64,000 nucleotides of DNA. It comes from Oopsacas minuta. Lineage: Eukaryota; Animalia; Porifera. Both the position numbers and the translations under genes were made by a program. The stretch lies in contig JAKMXF010000310.1 in the NCBI GenBank assembly GCA_024704765.1, forward strand, positions 931,999-995,998, given 5' to 3'. The notes beneath the pieces are model-generated. The model was not told where the DNA came from and made no database searches. It saw nothing but the letters and a program-made list of their open reading frames with translations. Positions 53,401-62,400 of this stretch are shown here, in pieces; position 1 is the first letter of the stretch; each line of letters opens with the position of its first letter.

Positions 53401-56400
53401 AGTGTTTATGAAAATGAAGATCATCTTTTGGTTACTTAAACCAACATTTAACAAGTAGAAGGTATTTGATAAAAAGGATGAGTTTAAGTTTTGAGAGTTT
53501 CTGAAAAAATCGATAAACATAAAAAAACTACCATATATGGGCATGAACTTTGATTGCATCATCGTTGTTAAAATCACTTGGAAAGCAGGTTCAAAAGTAT
53601 TCTAGATGTCTCCGCCGTATGTGGAAACCTATTTACAGTTGAATTTGTAATGATAGCTGTAATTCTTCATGATCAAACAGAATATAATCAATGGTCTGGA
53701 TATTATTTTGGCAATTCTTTGCTTGGCTAGCCGTGTATATAGTAGGCCATGGGTAGCCACTTATCCAAGGGTAAATTCCATTCCAAACAAAGCGTGGAGT
53801 GCCTCAAAATTACCAAGGACAACATCCAAGCCATAATCAGACTCTTTTCAATTGTCGAATGACGGTCTCAGATACGTAAATGAAATTATTCCTAGAGTCT
53901 TGTAAAGCTGGAATACCATGTTACAAAAGATGAAAATATTTCAATGTATTACCTTAGGAGCGTCATTGGTAAGTATTATTGTAATATCTATCAACATAGC
54001 ATCAGAGTCAGAATTCCCATCATTTACTGTGATTGTGATCATTCTTGATTCGGATGAAGGTTCTTCAGCAACATTCCAATATGTAAGAGTCTGAATAATT
54101 GACTCAAATTCCAAAATCGTTTGAGGTTTATTAGCCTAGAGGAGTATAAATTTAGTATAGTGGGGCTGAGACCAATATTCGCCCGTTTGGATGACTAAGC
54201 ATTTCACACCTTAAACGCAATATCTGATGAAAAAATTTAGGTAATTGAGAGTAAAAGATTTGATTAATTAGTTAGAATGGAATATATTCAATTTTCATGA
54301 GTTTCATAACTCTATTAACAATTTAAAGAATAAAATTAGAATAAAATATTAATAAATAACGTGGTACGTAGTAGTACATTGAAAAGACTAAACGAATATT
54401 CGAATAATTGGTATATCGTTTAAGCCCAAAAATCTTGTATCAGAAATAAATTGTAGTATAAATAGTACTCAGAGTAGAGATGTAATTAAATTGCTGTGAT
54501 AATCTAGAAATTGAGCTAATGACGAACGACCAGAAAATATGAAGTTAAAGAAATGTCAGAATGAAAATTTCTGATTTTCGGCTTTTCAGTTAACCGAATA
54601 CTGCCGAGAAAAAGTGTGATTGTATTACATCAAAAAGGTGGAAAAATCTCGCTTTCGGTAGTGGGAATTGGTTAAAACGAAGTTGTACAAATTTAGTTAC
54701 GAACTTAAAATTTCAGCCCTAATTGGTGAATGTTGAGATTTTCACCCAAGCTTTAGTAATAGGTATGACAATAAAGAAAGCGTTTAATAGACTTTCTGTA
54801 AGAGAATACTATACTAAGTAATAGGCAAACAATCACATAAATTACCAGATATATACTAATACTTACTAAGCCTACAGATTAAGTAAGTCCAAAGCAATGA
54901 AATAACAAAATGTCCAGCCGACCCCTGAGCTGCACTACCAGTATGATAGTGCAGCTCAGGTTATGTATTTTGTTCTTTTCAAGGGGGAACACCCCGCCTG
55001 ACCACCTCGTGTAGATGCAGCAATGCACTAGACCCCGACTGATTTAGGGCTCCTGGTTCTGATAAATATTTCAGGATATTCAAATAATTCGTCCCCTACT
55101 AAACTTCATGTTATATCCTCAAATCTTATTGATAAAATTCTAAATAATTATGCTGCGATTACCCCCGGTCTAACTTTTGAAACGAAACCTCTAGGATCAA
55201 ACTGAAATATTTGCAAAAAGGTGTGAAAATATGATAAATCACATGATAAATCTGTGAAATTGTAACTTTCAGACTCTGAAACCCTCAAAATCGGACTCTA
55301 CGCACCCAATTACCCCTGACAACATTTTCAAATATAATCTCTAGCTTGCTGTATATTTACATAGAAATATATGAAAATATGATTAATCAACAAAACGGTG
55401 TGAAATATTCACTTCAGAAAACTTCATACCCGAGGTGCAATCTCCGACACATATGTACATGTGAATCGGACTGCTATATCGCGAACGGACGGACGTAAGG
55501 ACGTCGCACATGCCATTAGAGCATCTCTCTCTATAGAGGCTGGACTAAAAATCTTCAAATAAACTCACAGAAACAAAAATAAATGTAGAATTGACTTGCG
55601 TTAAATTTATAAGATTAATGTTAGGAGGGTTAAGTTGTATTCTGTCAAATTGAGATTGTGGGGCTACGATCTTAATCTGTGCAGATGTAATATGTGTACT
55701 GTCTACATCATTGATCCTAACATCAGAATATTGAAAGATTGACAGACGGGTATGAATATCAGATTCTGTATAATTTAACAGCAAAATTGAAGGAAATAAT
55801 ACTGGGGGATCATTGACAGCAAATACTTCAATATTCAATATACTAGAATTGAAGGAAAAACTACTAGTGTAAATGTTTTTAGATGGAATACCATACGACT
55901 GATCCCAGAGGAGAAATTCAACTGTTGTAGTACCAAACTGATGTAGATAAGGAGAAAACCTGTAAGAATAGATCAAAAGATTAATTAGATGAATACTACT
56001 ACGGTTGAAGAATTTAATAAACTAAATATTCAGTTAATTAGGTACATACACACAAGGTATTCAAGAATCAAATAACTTATATACAGTGGAGTCTCCCAAA
56101 ACGGACACTCCGAGAAGCGGACAATTCTCTACAACGGACAGAAGCCATGTCACCAACGTGTCCGTTATTCGGAGACCCCACTGCATATAGCTCAGCTATT
56201 CTATAGTACAGTTTGTGTGTATTAGCTTTCTATCTTCGAGGAAAGGTAATGTTTTATTATTAATGAATGTCACCTTTTCGAATGAGGGTGGGGTTTTTGT
56301 ATTGCAAAAAAAACTGTAATAAATTATAGTTCAGCTATATATAAGGAATCCCTTCAAGAATATATTAGGAAATTACGTCATAATAATACTTTGCACTGAT

Positions 56401-59400
56401 TAAATCCTCTTAGAGGAGTGTTCCCAATTTCATTCGATATTTCATTATAAAGTAATGTACTAATTAATACCACTAAACATCTCCAACGTCAACTAAAAGT
56501 CTTTGAAACATCAAAATACACAAATAAGCAAGTACAGTTGACAAAGGTTAATCCAAACTGCCACGAGAAATAAATGTGGATCGAATGAACGAATATCAAA
56601 CTTATTGAAAGTTACAAATATTTTACAGCTTCAAAATTGAAGACAAAAACTAGGAATTAATTATAGATTATACAGGATATTATGAGAAATGGAATTTACG
56701 CTTGAATTGCTTGAAATACGTTGTTCTGTTAAATTTGGTGATATATTTTATATTTCGAGGGACTCTCAGCCTATATAGATATATATCCTTAAGGGTGGTC
56801 GGCTGTAAGTACGTGCGTATGAGTATACAAAATTTCGTTAGTTCTAACCATATCTGCAAACTAAATTCGAGTCTAAAATCACATTTTCGCAAATGGATAG
56901 AAATTTCGAATGCAATCCACAGCGAATGGATGTATCAATATTTCACAATGTAGCAAATACCACATACCTACGAATAACTTTAAAATAATATTAGTTCATC
57001 TGCTCGGAACAGGGCTAAAATAGAAAGGAAATATGCTACAACAGCCAAATGCTCCAACTACACACTAGATATATTAAATTCAAATGCGATTGTTACTAAC
57101 AAACCTAATTCTGCTGGAAGAATTAATAAGCTGAGGATTTTCATTCGATATATTCACATCAAATATTGGCGACCAAACATAAGGTTGAAGATTAGACGTA
57201 GTCTGCCATTCACCCAATAGAGTATCTAATGCAATTATTGCAATGCCTAACTCTTCGTCATCAAGATCAATAGATATATTAGCCAACAAATCGTTGATCG
57301 AATAACCAAGATTATTCGACATAGAAACATCCTCCGAAATTTCCCTAAAAATTGGCAAAGAATTGGTAAAAATCGGAGCTCTGTTCAAATAAAGTACTGA
57401 TATTGTGGTAGAATTGGTTTCATCACTAAAACTGGAATTATCCAAGAGATTTCCATCTTCATCGAGTGATTCACAAAAATTAGCACTGTTGCCATTGTCC
57501 CAAGCTCTAAAGAGAAGGAAATATGAACAAAACAGGATAGTTCATAAAGTACTATAATGAAAAGGGCAACAAAAAGGCAAACATATAGTATATATAAGGA
57601 TTAAAACTCTCAATGAAAAACAAAAGCATATAAACTTGATATGGATTTATTGATGTGTTCTAATTCTCAGCCTTGAGTTCCACATTGTTTAAGTGAGAGT
57701 TTGAATAGCGGACAATTCTTGTTCGCATGGGGCGCCCTCCAGGCGCCTATGGTTTAGAAATGTAATTATGATCGGCACTTCATGCATAAAATAATTTAAC
57801 AAAGTATGAAATGACAAACTCCAAAATGTAAAATTCTGATTCAAAGACACTGAATTAGTCCCCAACAATATTTTGAAATTTGTATAATTAAATTTGCATA
57901 TGTTGAATTCAAATACGTATGTTAAAAATCATATTCAGTTAAATAAATTAGGATGTGTCATAACATTCGATACACTAAAGGCAATGGCCTTGTATTCAAA
58001 TTTTGGACCATGGATGGCAATTACACTGGGACTATTCTGACCAATATCTCGATTAGTTTACTATATATAATGATATTATTAGTAAATGAGATATATTCAT
58101 CTACCTCCCATAATTACATAGAAGATATTTTGGAATAATTAAAGCAAACTGATTAACTTAATTTTCGAGTTAATAAAGGGTACTAGGCGCATGCGGGCAT
58201 GGAACTAGGGGGCACAAATGCGAAATAGTGAGAAAAATTCCAAATCCAAAAATTTGAACCAATATAGTTAACTTATCCGAAAAAATACCCAGATCATAAA
58301 CGAGATATTGCTTCCAAAGACCCAAACCAACAAGGCAACAACCAAGAGCTGATAAGATACCCTGGCAACACGGCCAACACCCAGGAGCAATATTGACATC
58401 AATCCAAATGCAAAAATCTTCACTATAGTAAAATAGACCAGTGTGAAGTTAGCGCAGGATTCGACTGAGCATACTTGTAATGTAAATTTGATGCCCTTCC
58501 CATGATTTGATTTGGTTAGAAACCACAGAACAAATGGAAGACATATGGACGTTTATGAATATCTAAAATATACTCTACTTTCAATATTGTTTTAACATTG
58601 GACGTTAGTTGTGACAAAATTTTGTAAAATAATGTTGACATTCTTGTGAGATATAGTTTTTGAAAGTTTGACTAATTTTGAGTTTCTAATTCTGATACAA
58701 TACTATCTTTCATATATAATTATGTTATAATCTACTTAGACCTAGCATGATTCTGTAAATGTTGATTAATATGATTATATTCAGTTTAGAATCCAGAATT
58801 ATTACCTCAGACCTACACTATTTATCCGCGATCAATTCTCCTAATATTCAAAACCCTAGAAATAATCTTTTAACGAAAATCACTACTATTTCATAAAAAC
58901 ATGTAATAACTAAAAAGGTTCCGGGACCGCAGAGGTTGGTCTAGTAAATCGCGTGCGAAGATCATTTAGATGGTTGATATATGCATGAATAGGCTCAACA
59001 TGCCTAACGGCGTCGAGTAAGGGGTCAATCGATAGGTTTAAGAAAAATTTGAGAATGGAATGTTGTTACATTCCTAATGAATTTTGCGTTGCTAGGAAAA
59101 TATCCTTCCAAATATGGTCAATATGGTATATATTAAATTGGTGGAAATTTCATGCTGAGCACGAATATGGCCATAAAACCTGAAAGCAACTGAATTAGCA
59201 CAACACCGGCGATTCCTATTGGACACCAAGTTTGAGACGTCTTTCTATCGGTTAATATAGCTTGTAGATGACAAAAACGCATTTGTTGGAATATGTTAGT
59301 GGTTAGTCCTTGTTTTTTAGCATATTTTGACTAACTACATAATCAATATGAGTGCTAATCATCAGAATTCTCCGCCTACAATGATTGGAAATTGATTCCT

Positions 59401-62400
59401 TCAACATAAGGAATAGGACATAGATCTTCTAATGCAAATACATCAAGATAAGCAAGTGAATATTCCATAATTTCTTAGATTCTGTCGAATAAACGTCACT
59501 AGGAAAAAATTATTGAAAACAATATTTACGATCTTTCAAAAGAATATCACTCTACACATTACTACTCATATCAATTCCACATCTATTTTTCATTGTATTT
59601 ACTCAATTTTCTCTCTACTTTCGCTTTATTTGATTCCACATCTACATATTCAACATGGCCTGCCTAGTACCTGGATGTAAGTATAACTATCGCGATTAAG
59701 ATAAATATAATCAATTTATACCTGTCTTCTCTTTTCTTATGATATCAACTGAGAGAAGACTATATGATGAACAAACGATTGAGGGTATGTTGTCATAATA
59801 CTCTTTTATCACACTACTCCATTGAAGTGGTTTCCAACATGGGGTCCATGGACCTCTATGGGATACGGACGAGAGCAGGGCGTCCATATGATCTCAAAAT
59901 ATTATTGCATTTACGGGAGGGGTTCCACAGGGTGTGTTAAAAGTGGTAAGGTAGTCCACAGGTTGAAAGTTGAGACCGCTGCAATACTCAACGTGACCTA
60001 GTAGGTCACGAACTCCATTTATTTTTATTTGAAGATACAAACGGCAGTAAAATACAACTCCCGTTATAACTAAGTTAGATAACATGAAACTATGGTCTAA
60101 CTCTTAACGTAGAGATTCATCACTCACCTTAGCTCGAAAGTAATTGATTTTAATCCGTATATATCGAAATGATACCGGGATCCCATTCCCGAGCACTACA
60201 TGATAACGATAGTTACTAATTGTTATACGAACTTTAATAAATTTCTAACGTTAAACAAGTAGTCCATGAATTCCTTTTTCCCGAGTTCGACGAATGGCAA
60301 TGGTGAATGATTGCAACGAATTATATATGACATAAAGGTTCTACACCTAAATTTCTTGAGCGACTTTTCTACAATTCTATTTACAACTGTTTGGTCAAAT
60401 TTGATATATAATATATTGAAATGACCAGGTAGTTCACAGCAATAACCTGTTGGGCTTCAGGTTTAAGACTATGTACTAATTTTAGTTTTGCTTTAAATTT
60501 CATGCGACATATAAGGTCTATTATCTTGATGGAAATAACTCACACAGCTCAAACTCTACATTTCTCTACTTAATAAGGCTTTGAATATATTCACTGTTAA
60601 CTGGGTGGTAAAACATTCGGCCACAGGCCGTTACATCGAGCTCAAGGGAGTGGGATAATTACTTAAATATATCCGAAGTTAGTTATAACCGGTAAGTTAT
60701 ACAGCTTTCGACAAGAGTGTCAGATCCGGACAAGAATAGAGGTTGATTATCGCCAAATATTGGTTTTTGGGAAGATGAAGAAGAGATATTTTTCCATGTA
60801 AGCAATCAGAATGCGAGGACAGCGTAAAATGGGACTAAAATCGTTGTCATCTGAATTAATTATCCCCTGGAGATCAACTGGGGTATCAGGTTGTTGAGAA
60901 TTGATCTCTTGAAGGGCTTGGCCCAGATCCAAGCCTGACCAGGGGTTGTAGATAAACTTCAAGAAGTGGAGGGGGGCTCACACCGCACGGGAGATACATT
61001 TTGAAATAATGAAAAATAGTGATCAGGCCTTATATTTGTCTATGCCCATAGATACTTTTATACAAAGTGTCAAAAATTATCATCCAAAGTTGGTTCGTTG
61101 TTAATTTAAGTTACTGTAGAGATCATGGATGACGAATTTTTATGAATATTCAATTTATACTATTAATCTGACTTCCCATATACTTGAAATTGATTTTGAC
61201 ATCATATCTAGCACCAATGTGACGATGCCCATATATGGCCATTTCCAAGATTTTGCAATACTCTTCAATTATTTCATATCAAAATGTATTACAATGGTAT
61301 GGGTAGTCGGGTATATATTATATATTGGCTAATATGATTTTACCATAACTTTAACGATTCTGGAGGTATTATTGAATATTCATAAAAAATTGTCATTCAT
61401 GGTCTCTACCATAAATCAACAATGAGCCAATATTTGAATGACAAATTTTGAACCTTTTGTATAATAGTATCTATAGATTATTTCATTTATTCAATTTGAG
61501 TTGGCAAATACGATATTTAGCGTTCTACGAGGCATCGAAGAATGACATATTTAGCTAAATAAATGCTTATTAGATACATATTTTACGCATTCCTGAAATT
61601 TTTTGTTGTAAAATTTGATGTTCTAAAAAATGTTATACATTTATTCAGGCAAAAAATGCACCTTTCTTTCTACACTAAAGAAACAATGTATAAAATGCGC
61701 TCAGCTAATACTGCAGCCTTGCTATTTTACTGTTAGGACATAAATTTAGTAGGTTATGACTGAACTTATAATACGTGTTATAATATACATATCATACGTA
61801 ATACTTCTTCATTGAAAGAAAATATTAAACAACTTAGATATTTACAATCATGAATTGATGATGAAGCAAAAATTCGAAAAGGGGCAATGATTGTAACTTC
61901 ATGATGTTACATATGGCGGAGTAATTATAATTCAATTTCAAGCAGTCTACAAAAGTACAGCCAATCTAGAGTTTAGCCCTGGAGTAAATTGTACAACGAC
62001 CCTTTTTCACAGGTTACTTCTTGCTATCTGTACTAGCAAAAATGTCCATGAAAATCAATCATCAACCATTTGGTTATTAGCCTCTTTAAAGTACCACTAT
62101 GGACACATTTGGAAAACATTAAATTTGAAGTGACATCTTCAGTTTAAACCGATCGTTTGAGTGGTCATACTAATATGTTTGGGGATATTTTTCAGTAGCA
62201 ACACAGGAATGTGGCAACATTGTATTCTCAATTTTGTCCCAGCCTCATCGAAAAGTGCTCCGTTGTTCGACACCGCTAGGCTAACTGAGTCTAGTTTACA
62301 CATATCGGCCTTCTAAAGTCTAAATGGCCTTGTAACACGATTTTGCTAATTCGTCCACCGCGGCCCCCTAATGTTCTTGTCATTTTTCAAATATTTCGTA

